In this document: piece by piece, positions 15,326 to 22,473 of the stretch | How positions within the stretch are numbered: the first letter of the stretch is position 1 | Layout: the number at the start of each line of letters is the position of its first letter | Assembly: GCA_035536185.1 (NCBI GenBank) | Contig: DATLOM010000021.1 | Location: 41,731 to 105,730, forward strand | Direction: 5' to 3' | Source of the DNA: Acidimicrobiales bacterium | GTDB lineage: Bacteria; Actinomycetota; Acidimicrobiia; Acidimicrobiales; GCA-2861595 | Length of the DNA: 64,000 nt | Notes under the pieces: generated by a model | What the model saw: only the letters and a program-made list of their open reading frames with translations | What the model was told of the DNA's origin: nothing | Database searches by the model: none | Position numbers and translations under genes: made by a program

Positions 15326-16777
15326 GTGGCTGGCTTGCGGGCGAGACGGGGCACTTCGACGTCGAACTTCGGAGTCGGCCGGCGCGAGAGCCATGACGCC
15401 TCGGCCTTCTACGACCGCTTCCGCCCGCCCGACCTGAGCCGGGACGAAACCGTTCCCGCCCCCACCGCCGTCGCCGAGCCCTTCGTCTGTGGCGATTCGA
15501 GGTCCATGGACACGGTGGAGGACGGGTCGGTCGCTCTCGTGGTCACGTCTCCGCCGTACTTCGCCGGCAAGCAGTACGAGGAGGAGCTGGCGAGCGAGGG
15601 GGTGCCCAGCTCCTATCTCGAGTACCTCGACCTGCTCAGGTCGGTCTTCGCCGAGTGCGCCCGCAAGCTCGAGCCCGGCGGGCGGATCGCCGTCAACGTG
15701 GCCAACCTCGGGCGCAAGCCCTACCGCAGCCTCGCCGCCGACGTCATCCGGATCCTCGAGCACGACCTCGGCCTCCTGCTCCGGGGCGAGCTGGTCTGGC
15801 AGAAGGGCGAGGGCGCCAGCGGCTCCTGCGCGTGGGGGTCCTTCCGCAGCCCCTCCAATCCGGTCCTGCGCGACATCACCGAGCGGGTGATCGTCGCCAG
15901 CAAGGGGCGCTTGGACCGGGCGCGGTCGGTGAAGCAACGGGCCCTGGAGGGCCTGCCCCACGAGACGACGATCACGACCGACGACTTCATGGCCTTGACC
16001 CTCGACCTGTGGTCGATGCCGACGGAGAGCGCACGCAGGGTCGGCCACCCGGCGCCCTTCCCGGTGGAGCTGCCGGAGAGGCTGATCGAGCTGTACACCT
16101 TCAGGCACGATCTCGTCCTCGACCCGTTCATGGGCAGCGGCTCCACCCTGGTGGCCGCCGCCCGCCTCGACCGGCGGTACGTGGGCTACGACACCGACCC
16201 GAACTACGTCGCCCTGGCGAGGCGCCGGGTGGCGGGCGAGCCGGAGGCGCTCCAGCCGGTTCCCTCGGAGGACGATCTGGAGGACCGAGCCGCCCAGGGC
16301 AAGCCGGCCCAGAAGCTGGCCGAGGAGGCTCTGGTCGAGGCCGGCTTCTCGATCGTCAAGAACAACCACCGGGTGCCCAAAGCAGGTGTGACGGTCGACT
16401 TCCTGGCCACCGACGGCGCCGGCGACCGCTGGCTCTTCGACGTGGCCGGGTCCTTCACCAGCCACCGGGGAGGCATGCTCCTGAACGAGGTCGTCTGGCG
16501 GTCCCTCGGCCGGGCCAACGCCCTCAGGGGCCCCATCGCCGCCGGCACTCCCCTGGTCTTCCTGACGACCCACCTTCCCCGCCGCCCCGGCGAAGGCGAC
16601 ACCGCCCTACGCGCCGCCGGCCCCGACGCCTTCTTCGACGCCATCGACCTTCTCTCCGACTCAGCCCGTTCCAGGCTGCAGGCCTACGCGAAGGGCGGCT
16701 CCACCGACGATCCCCGAGCCGGTTTCTGGACCGCGGGCGACCTCACCCGCCGGCGCCACCGCCCGCTACCCGAATGA
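15326..16777 (+). CDS. Site-specific DNA methyltransferase, beta-class (N4-C or N6-A), with a roughly 150 aa C-terminal extension
   Basis: 483 aa. Catalytic motif VVTSPPYF precedes SAM motif DPFMGSGST (beta-class order). The C-terminal tail (AEEALVEAGFSIVKNNHRVPKAGVTVDFLATDGAGDRWLFDVAGSF...) is unassigned. Start uncertain (15326 is the longest). Confidence 0.85.
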   Translation: MAGLRARRGTSTSNFGVGRRESHDASAFYDRFRPPDLSRDETVPAPTAVAEPFVCGDSRSMDTVEDGSVALVVTSPPYFAGKQYEEELASEGVPSSYLEYLDLLRSVFAECARKLEPGGRIAVNVANLGRKPYRSLAADVIRILEHDLGLLLRGELVWQKGEGASGSCAWGSFRSPSNPVLRDITERVIVASKGRLDRARSVKQRALEGLPHETTITTDDFMALTLDLWSMPTESARRVGHPAPFPVELPERLIELYTFRHDLVLDPFMGSGSTLVAAARLDRRYVGYDTDPNYVALARRRVAGEPEALQPVPSEDDLEDRAAQGKPAQKLAEEALVEAGFSIVKNNHRVPKAGVTVDFLATDGAGDRWLFDVAGSFTSHRGGMLLNEVVWRSLGRANALRGPIAAGTPLVFLTTHLPRRPGEGDTALRAAGPDAFFDAIDLLSDSARSRLQAYAKGGSTDDPRAGFWTAGDLTRRRHRPLPE

Positions 16778-16825
16778 CTCTGTCGTCGTGCCGCTCGACT
16801 GCGATTGCCGCGCGGCTCGTGAACG

Positions 16826-18070
16826 TCATCTCGTGCGTGACCGTTCTGGCGACGCCGGCACCTGCCTGACGGGGGGGACGTTCGCGGTATCGCCTCCCGG
16901 GCTGGCGAGGGAGCGTTCGAGCCCCGTGAACAGGTCTAGGACATCGGGAGCCTCGAAGACGCGGTAGCGCTGCCTGCCCACGTTGCGCTGGCGGAGAACC
17001 CCCGCCTCGGCGAGCGTGTTGACCGCTTCCGTGGTCCGAGCCTTCGAACGACCGATGAGCGCGCTGGCGGACTCGACGCTCATCACCGGCGCCCCAGGAA
17101 GGACCTCGACCAGCAGGTCGGTGCTGGAGCTCGCACGGACCCGACCGAGGCGTTGCCGCCAACCCGCGACCATGGCATCGATCTGCGCGGCGTAGTGCTC
17201 GGCGTCGACACAAGCCCGATGAGTTGCGGTGGCGAAGACCCTGAGCCATTCGGCCGCGGCGACCGAACGCTCCGAGCTCGCCGGCTCGGCCAGGTGACGA
17301 AAACCCATGAGCCCGGCCACGTAGGTGCCCGACCAGGTGGCGAGGACGAGGCTGATCGGCGGCACGAAGGCCGGAGCCAGGCCCCGCCGTCGCAGCACGA
17401 CGTGGATCAGCGCCCGACCTGTCCTGCCGTTGCCGTCGGCGAAGGGGTGGATCGTCTCGAACTGAGCGTGTGCCAGCGCGGCCTGGACCACAGGCGAGTG
17501 ATCGTCGCCGTTGACGTAGGCGAGGAGATCGTCGAGCAATCCGGCTAGATACTCGGCCGGTGGGGGGACGAACGTCGCGCTGCACGGGTTGTAGGAGCTG
17601 CCGCCGATCCAGTTCTGCGCGGTGCGGACCTCGCCGCCGATGTTCGGCGTGGACGAACGCTCCATCAGGGTGCGGTGGACGGCCAGAAGCTCGTCGAGCC
17701 CGAACCTCTTCGCCGTCGTTGCCAGCTCGACAGCCGTCTCCATGGCGGCGATGTTCCCCAGCACCTCGACGGCGACGTGATCGCCGGCGTCGTCACCACG
17801 GGCGAGAGCCGCTTCGGCACCAAGGAGCCGGCGCGGGGCGGCCGCTAGCCCCTCGATGATCGAGGACGCCACCGACTCGGCACGAAGCAGGAACCGGGCG
17901 AGGCCTTCGAGACTGATATGGGTCGTTCCCGCGTCGTTCAGCTTTCGCACCGCCGCTTCTGCGTCGGAAACATCCGCGGCGATGTCGCCTGGGATGACGA
18001 GGTCCCAACCAACGAGCGGGTCGGGCAGGTAGGCGTCGTAGTCGCAGCCCTGGCGGTCTCGACGGCTCAT
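16826..18070 (-). CDS. Fic family protein (class II, N-terminal inhibitory helix, C-terminal wHTH)
   Basis: 414 aa. Fic motif HPFADGNGRTGRAL, N-terminal inhibitory-type motif SSIIEG ([ST]xxxE[GN]), C-terminal winged-helix-like tail. Confidence 0.92.
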   Translation of the reverse strand: MSRRDRQGCDYDAYLPDPLVGWDLVIPGDIAADVSDAEAAVRKLNDAGTTHISLEGLARFLLRAESVASSIIEGLAAAPRRLLGAEAALARGDDAGDHVAVEVLGNIAAMETAVELATTAKRFGLDELLAVHRTLMERSSTPNIGGEVRTAQNWIGGSSYNPCSATFVPPPAEYLAGLLDDLLAYVNGDDHSPVVQAALAHAQFETIHPFADGNGRTGRALIHVVLRRRGLAPAFVPPISLVLATWSGTYVAGLMGFRHLAEPASSERSVAAAEWLRVFATATHRACVDAEHYAAQIDAMVAGWRQRLGRVRASSSTDLLVEVLPGAPVMSVESASALIGRSKARTTEAVNTLAEAGVLRQRNVGRQRYRVFEAPDVLDLFTGLERSLASPGGDTANVPPVRQVPASPERSRTR

Positions 18071-18124
18071 GCCCTCTTCGAATGGCGCCGTCCATGCCTT
18101 CGCAAGTGTGAGGCCATCAGCATC

Positions 18125-18157
18125 CTAAGTAGCGGTTACTGAACAACCGTAACTTAG
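18125..18157. promoter_or_regulatory. Imperfect 13-bp inverted repeat between the PRTase 3' end and the Fic start
   Basis: CTAAGTAGCGGTT-actgaac-AACCGTAACTTAG, 11/13 complementary, in an AT-rich 138-nt spacer. Could be an operator for Fic or a terminator-like hairpin for the PRTase gene. Confidence 0.35.
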
Positions 18158-18208
18158 AATCCAGGCTGGTTCCTGAGCTCCAACGAACTTTGGCGCTCGC
18201 GTGGGTCT

Positions 18209-18793
18209 TCAGCGAGCTGGAGGCGCTCCCGACCCATGACCGACCGGCTCGATGTTCAAGTCTCGGTAGGTGAGCATGGGGCGATAAGGAACCTTGACGC
18301 TCTCGAAGAACTCCGAAGCGAAGTCGCTGCGGTCGACGAGCGTGGTGGCGAAGACAACTTCCCCTCCTTCCGCCTGAACCCGGTTGTAGGCGTCCTTGAT
18401 CGAACCGCCGGTCGACACGACGTCGTCCACGACCATGACTCGTAGACCAGGCGTGATCCGGGCGCCCTCCACCCAGAGGTTCGTGCCCCGCCCCTTCGGC
18501 TCCTTGCGGATGAGAAACCACTTGCACGGCGCCGCCCGGGCGACGGCGAAGGTGAAAGGCACCGCACCGAGCACCAGGCCCCCGACCAGATCGAACTCCA
18601 CCTCAGCCTCACGAGCGGCCGCCACCATGGCCTCCCCCACGAAAGCCAGATCCTCGGGATCATCGACAGCGTGCTTGGCGTCGATGAAGTCCCGGCTGAA
18701 CTCCCCCGACGCCAGCCGTATCGGCTCCGGCAGGTGCTGCAGCACCATCGGATCCATCACGATCTCACGAAGGCGGTCAGAGGACGCAGTCAT
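18209..18793 (-). CDS. Orotate phosphoribosyltransferase-like type I PRTase
   Basis: I start at ATG 18793 (MTASSDRLREIV...), 194 aa. PRPP-binding loop VMVVDDVVSTGGS. PyrE-like pattern SGEFSRDFIDAK...LVGGLVLGAVPFTFAVA...FLIRKEPKGRGT. Sited inside the island, so possibly not the housekeeping pyrE. Confidence 0.8.
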   Translation of the reverse strand: MTASSDRLREIVMDPMVLQHLPEPIRLASGEFSRDFIDAKHAVDDPEDLAFVGEAMVAAAREAEVEFDLVGGLVLGAVPFTFAVARAAPCKWFLIRKEPKGRGTNLWVEGARITPGLRVMVVDDVVSTGGSIKDAYNRVQAEGGEVVFATTLVDRSDFASEFFESVKVPYRPMLTYRDLNIEPVGHGSGAPPAR

Positions 18794-18815
18794 AGGGGGG
18801 TGGGCCAGCTGCAGC

Positions 18816-18846
18816 GGACCACAGCATCTTCGCTTGCCTGTGGTCC
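18816..18846. promoter_or_regulatory. Perfect 9-bp inverted repeat just upstream of the PRTase start
   Basis: GGACCACAG-(13 nt)-CTGTGGTCC, ending 23 nt upstream of the ATG at 18793 on the minus strand. Confidence 0.35.
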
Positions 18847-19144
18847 GGACCGCCAACGACCTGACGCCACCGCCCTGGCCGGCGGGAGACCGATCGCCGC
18901 TCGTAAGCCTCACCATCACCAGGCTGCTTTTGTAGTTCCACCCGTAAGCCTCTCCGTGTGAATGCTAATCCTCTGTCCTGGCCGCTGCTGCCACGCCACC
19001 ACAGAATCCATGCCACCCGATTGGCCATTGAACCTACGTCACCTCTGTGACAAGAAGCAGCGACGCCGACTCCCCGTTGCTCGCCTCCTTCGTCATCGTC
19101 CGCCCGTTGGCCGCCTTCGATGACGACTCGGCGTAGCTGCACTC

Positions 19145-19756
19145 CTACTGCCCCGCTTCCAACTCGGCGAGTAGATCGAGCAGCCCGCTCACCTCCCACG
19201 CGCGATTGCGCTTCGACTCCGAGAGGGGGAGCAGGATGCCAGCCTCGACCAGCTGGTCGACGGCGACAGCCGTGGATGACTTGCTGCGTCCGGTCACGGC
19301 GGTCGCCATCGGAACGGTGACGACGGGATGTCCTGGGAGTTCGTCGATCACGGCCCACGCGGCAGCGTCGGCGCGGAGGTCCGCGTGGTCACGGAGTTTG
19401 ACCCGCCACTCCTCCTGCAGGTCTTGGACCCGTCCTAGGTAGCGCTCAGCAAGAGTTGCCGCCTGGGCGGCAGCGACGGCAAAGCGCTCGATCCAGTCTT
19501 CGAGGTCACCGTCTCGGTACTGGGTCAGTTCGTCGATGTAGCGGTCCTTGTTGGCGGCGAGGACGACGCTGATGGGCGGGACGTAGCTCGGCGCGAGCCC
19601 TCGCCGGCGGAGCAGGACGTGAATGAGCGCTCGTCCGGTGCGGCCGTTGCCGTCCTCGAACGGATGGATGGTCTCGAACTGGGCGTGGGCGACCGCGGCC
19701 TGGATCAGCGGTGGGAGATGGTCGCTGTTGCAACAGGTGGACGACCTCAAGACCAA
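19145..19756 (-). pseudogene. N-terminally truncated Fic paralogue
   Basis: The 203 aa ORF aligns with residues from about 195 onward of the Fic protein at 16826-18070 (LIQAAVAHAQFETIHPFEDGNGRTGRALIHVLLRRRGLAPSYVPPISVVLA versus VVQAALAHAQFETIHPFADGNGRTGRALIHVVLRRRGLAPAFVPPISLVLA). The Fic_N half, including the inhibitory helix, is absent. Confidence 0.75.
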
Positions 19757-19830
19757 GCATGGCGAACCGATAGACGTCTTCAGCGCAGAGCGTTCGTGAC
19801 TCGAGCGCGGGTCGGCGTCGAAGGCGCGTA

Positions 19831-20462
19831 CTAGACGTCCGCCCGCTCGAACGTCTCCCGCACTCGGTTGTAGTACTCGATCGAGTCATCTACTGGGGGC
19901 GTACCGAGTGCGCTCAGCCCGTCTCGGCCAAGCTTGTTAATGAGTTCGACGGCCGACGGGACGTCGTCGACGATCGCATCCGAAAGCCCAAACACGAAGG
20001 GGTGGATCCAGTTCTCGAGGTCCTCGCCGAAGACGTCAGGCACGAGGTCACGTCGGTAGTTCGAGTTCCGCGGGCACACGGTTACGACTGGGATCGCTCG
20101 CATCCGAGCAAACATCATCTCAGCGCCTACACCAATCCCCTTCTCAGTTCGAGCATCGGCGATGACGACGTCGCTAATGCTCACCAGATGGAGGTCGCAT
20201 CCGAAGTTCGCGTAGTAGTCGTCCGACGGAGCTGCGACTTCGCAGCGTTCAGGGTGCGAACTTCGTCGGCAACCGTGATTCCTTCAACGATGAGCTGCTC
20301 CTCGAGGTCACTCCAGAACGTCCCAGCGGGTCGGGAGTCGGTGGAGCCTTTGCGGATGCTCCCCGACAAGTAGACGTAGAGAATGTCTCGCTCCGGTTGT
20401 CGGCACCCGATTGGGGGCGCAGCGGCAAGTTCACCTACAAGCGACAGGGACGACGGCGTCAT
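19831..20462 (-). pseudogene. Nucleoside 2-deoxyribosyltransferase-like protein, frameshifted
   Basis: Two abutting ORFs (20181-20510 and 19831-20184). The N-terminal part reads ILYVYLSGSIRKGS...WSDLEEQLIVEGITV. The C-terminal frame, open from about 20279, reads PSDDYYANFGCDLHLVSISDVVIADARTEKGIGVGAEMMFARMRAIPVVTV, the NDT-like pattern. The frame switch lies around 20235-20280. Family assignment is from remembered motifs only. Confidence 0.5.
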
Positions 20463-20535
20463 GCCGCCTCCGAGGGTCGATCCAGGTCGCGCCCGCCTAT
20501 CCGCGCCCAACGACGGTCGAATGTCATTGCTGTAA

Positions 20536-20605
20536 TTCTACGGTAGAAGGCCCAGCGATGCCAGCCCAGGCAGAGTTCTGCACTGATTTGCCGTAGATTT
20601 TCTAC
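20536..20605. promoter_or_regulatory. Two GTAGAA/TTCTAC inverted repeats upstream of the HTH gene
   Basis: TTCTAC-G-GTAGAA at 20536-20548 and GTAGA-TTT-TCTAC at 20593-20605. The second abuts the GTG at 20607. Confidence 0.45.
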
Positions 20606-20606
20606 A

Positions 20607-20994
20607 GTGAGGCGCACCTTGGACGCGGATCTGCTCTCGGTCAGCGACGCAGCTAGTCGCCTTGGCATCACTGAGGGCGCTGTCCGGTACCGAATCAAGC
20701 ACGAACAGCTCCCGGTGCAGGTGGACGAGCGCGGACGCAAGCGCATACCTGTGCAAGCGGTCGAGCGCGCGCGAGGAGGCCAGCCAATCGGTCCGACCCT
20801 CACCGGAGGAACTTCTCGCCGAGTCACAACAGGATGCTGCCGCGCTCCGCGATGTCCTCCGGTCGGTTGTCGCTGCTCGAGAGCGGACGGCCGACTCCAT
20901 ACGGGCTGCACTCGACGCTGAGCGAATCCTGTTGGACTCACTCCTGGCGACGATCGGGGATGTCTCAGCGCCACCCACGGCCCACGTCGAGTAG
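20607..20994 (+). pseudogene. Excisionase/MerR-like HTH protein with coiled-coil tail, frameshifted
   Basis: Frame 1 gives an HTH (LSVSDAASRLGITEGAVRYRIKHEQLPVQVDERGRKRIPVQAVERA) and then low-quality sequence. The frame of ORF 20662-20994 continues sensibly (REEASQSVRPSPEELLAESQQDAAALRDVLRSVVAARERTADSIRAALDAERILLDSLL). The switch coincides with a (GC)n run at 20765-20773. Confidence 0.55.
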
Positions 20995-21108
20995 GCCTGC
21001 CACTGCACGCGAGCCAGTGCGCGGCTGGTCGAGCGGCGCCACCTCGGCTGCACCGCTGGTCGCACATTGCGGTCCTGCAGCGGACGTCCGGGTTCGTTGC
21101 GCGTGCGC

Positions 21109-21130
21109 CGGTAGAAGTCCGGTAGAAGTC
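21109..21130. repeat. Tandem 2 x 11-nt repeat CGGTAGAAGTC
   Basis: cggtagaagtc-cggtagaagtc, a perfect tandem copy 48 nt from the tRNA-Leu 3' end. It shares the core CGGTAGAAG with position 20541. Confidence 0.8.
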
Positions 21131-21177
21131 GGCCATCGCGGCGTCGATCGCGTACGCCGTGACCTGCGCCAACGCGG

Positions 21178-21261
<84 letters not shown>

Positions 21262-21345
21262 GAGCGGTGGGTGAGAACGGTAGCCGACATCTCGGAGCCT
21301 CTCGCCGGGCTTCGGGGGGGCCGCCCGTAGGTAAGGTCGCGCCAC

Positions 21346-22002
21346 ATGGGACTGCAGCAGTTCGAGCGCCGGCTCGAGCGCCTGGTCGAGGGCGTGTTCG
21401 CCAAGGCCTTCCGTAGTGGGCTGCAGCCGGTCGAGCTGGGCCGGCGCCTCACACGGGAGATGGACACCCAGCGCGCCGTGGGGGTGCGGGGGGTCATCGC
21501 CCCCAACGCCTTCACCTTCGCCCTCGCTCCCGCCGATCTGGAGCGCTTCCAGTCATTTTCCGAGGCAATGGTGCGGGAGCTCGCCGATGCCGCCCGCGAG
21601 CACGCCCGCACCGAGGGCTACGTCTTCGTCGGGCCGGTCGAAGTGGTGCTGGAGGAGGATGCGTCGGTGACGCCAGGGACGTTCCTCGTGGCCGGAGAGG
21701 TGCGGGAGGCTCCCGGCGGCGCGGTCGTGGGCTCGCTGGTGCTCCCCGACGGCTCGCGGGTCGGGATCAGCGACGAACCGGTCACCATCGGGCGCCTCTC
21801 CGACTGCGACGTTCCGGTGAACGACGAGAGCGTCAGCCGGCGTCACGCCGAGGTCCGGCGCCAGGGCAGCGACATCGTCGTGGTGGACCTGGGCTCCACC
21901 AACGGCACCAAGGTGAACGGCGCCGGCGTGAGAGAACGGCGGCTGGCCGACGGCGACGAGATCACGGTGGGGTCCACGAGGCTGCGCTTCGAGGCTTCGT
22001 AG
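21346..22002 (+). CDS. fhaA: FHA-domain protein FhaA-like (DUF3662 N-terminus + C-terminal FHA)
   Basis: 218 aa. N-terminus MGLQQFERRLERLVEGVFAKAFRSGLQPVELGRRL. C-terminal FHA (VTIGRLSDCDVPVNDESVSRRHAEV...DLGSTNGTKVNG). Position matches Rv0020c synteny. Confidence 0.9.
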   Translation: MGLQQFERRLERLVEGVFAKAFRSGLQPVELGRRLTREMDTQRAVGVRGVIAPNAFTFALAPADLERFQSFSEAMVRELADAAREHARTEGYVFVGPVEVVLEEDASVTPGTFLVAGEVREAPGGAVVGSLVLPDGSRVGISDEPVTIGRLSDCDVPVNDESVSRRHAEVRRQGSDIVVVDLGSTNGTKVNGAGVRERRLADGDEITVGSTRLRFEAS

Positions 22003-22011
22003 GCGTCGCCT

Positions 22012-22473
22012 GTGCCCGAGTCCCTCCTCACCATCCTCAAGTTCTGCTTTCTCGCGCTCCTGTGGCTCTTCTTCCTGCGGGTGCTCTGGGCCGTGTGGTC
22101 CGAGGTCAACACGCCGGTGGCGGCCGCCGCTCCGCCGGCCCCCGCCGCCTCCCGGGCGCCGGCCCGGACCCCGGGCCCCGACGCCGGCCGGCTGAAGGTG
22201 ATCGAGCCTCCCGAGCGCCGGGGGACCGCCTATGACTTGGGAGACGAGCTCACCGTGGGGCGAGCCAGCAGTTGCGGCGTGGCCCTCACCGAGGACACCT
22301 ACGCCTCGCAGCTTCACGCCCGCGTCTTCCGCAGGGACGGCCGGGTCTGGCTGGAGGATCTCGGCTCCACGAACGGCACCTATCTGAACGCCAAGCCGGT
22401 CTCCGCCCCGGTTGCCCTCCGGCGCGGGGACCGCCTGCAGATCGGACGCACCGTCTTCGAGGTGGCCAAGTGA
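22012..22473 (+). CDS. fhaB: FHA-domain membrane protein FhaB/FipA-like
   Basis: 153 aa. N-terminal TM (LLTILKFCFLALLWLFFLRVLWAVW), C-terminal FHA (LTVGRASSCGVALTEDTYASQLHARV...DLGSTNGTYLN). Confidence 0.9.
   Translation: MPESLLTILKFCFLALLWLFFLRVLWAVWSEVNTPVAAAAPPAPAASRAPARTPGPDAGRLKVIEPPERRGTAYDLGDELTVGRASSCGVALTEDTYASQLHARVFRRDGRVWLEDLGSTNGTYLNAKPVSAPVALRRGDRLQIGRTVFEVAK

Larger units (their letters stand above)
15220..21177. mobile_element. Decayed genomic island on the 3' side of tRNA-Leu (no integrase retained)
   Basis: Conserved neighbours end at 15219 and at the tRNA-Leu 3' end (21178). The interior is visibly less G+C-rich, especially 18.1-21.0 kb. It carries MTase, Fic, PRTase and NDT-like genes, one truncated gene and two frameshifted genes. 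Boundaries are approximate and no att repeat was identified by eye. Confidence 0.45.

Noticed and set aside
18794-19830. Retron (RT plus msr/msd) associated with the PRTase and NDT-like genes.
   Set aside because: No reverse-transcriptase ORF (no YxDD-type motif) occurs anywhere in the island, and no convincing long inverted repeats typical of msr/msd were seen. The idea is kept only as a hypothesis about domain ancestry.
15220-21177. Integrase, transposase, or att direct repeats that would allow calling an intact integrative element at tRNA-Leu. The same question applies at tRNA-Ser, tRNA-Ala and tRNA-Ile.
   Set aside because: No tyrosine- or serine-recombinase or transposase-like ORF is present in any frame that I could recognise. 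I could not spot a duplicated tRNA 3' end by eye. Only a decayed island is claimed.
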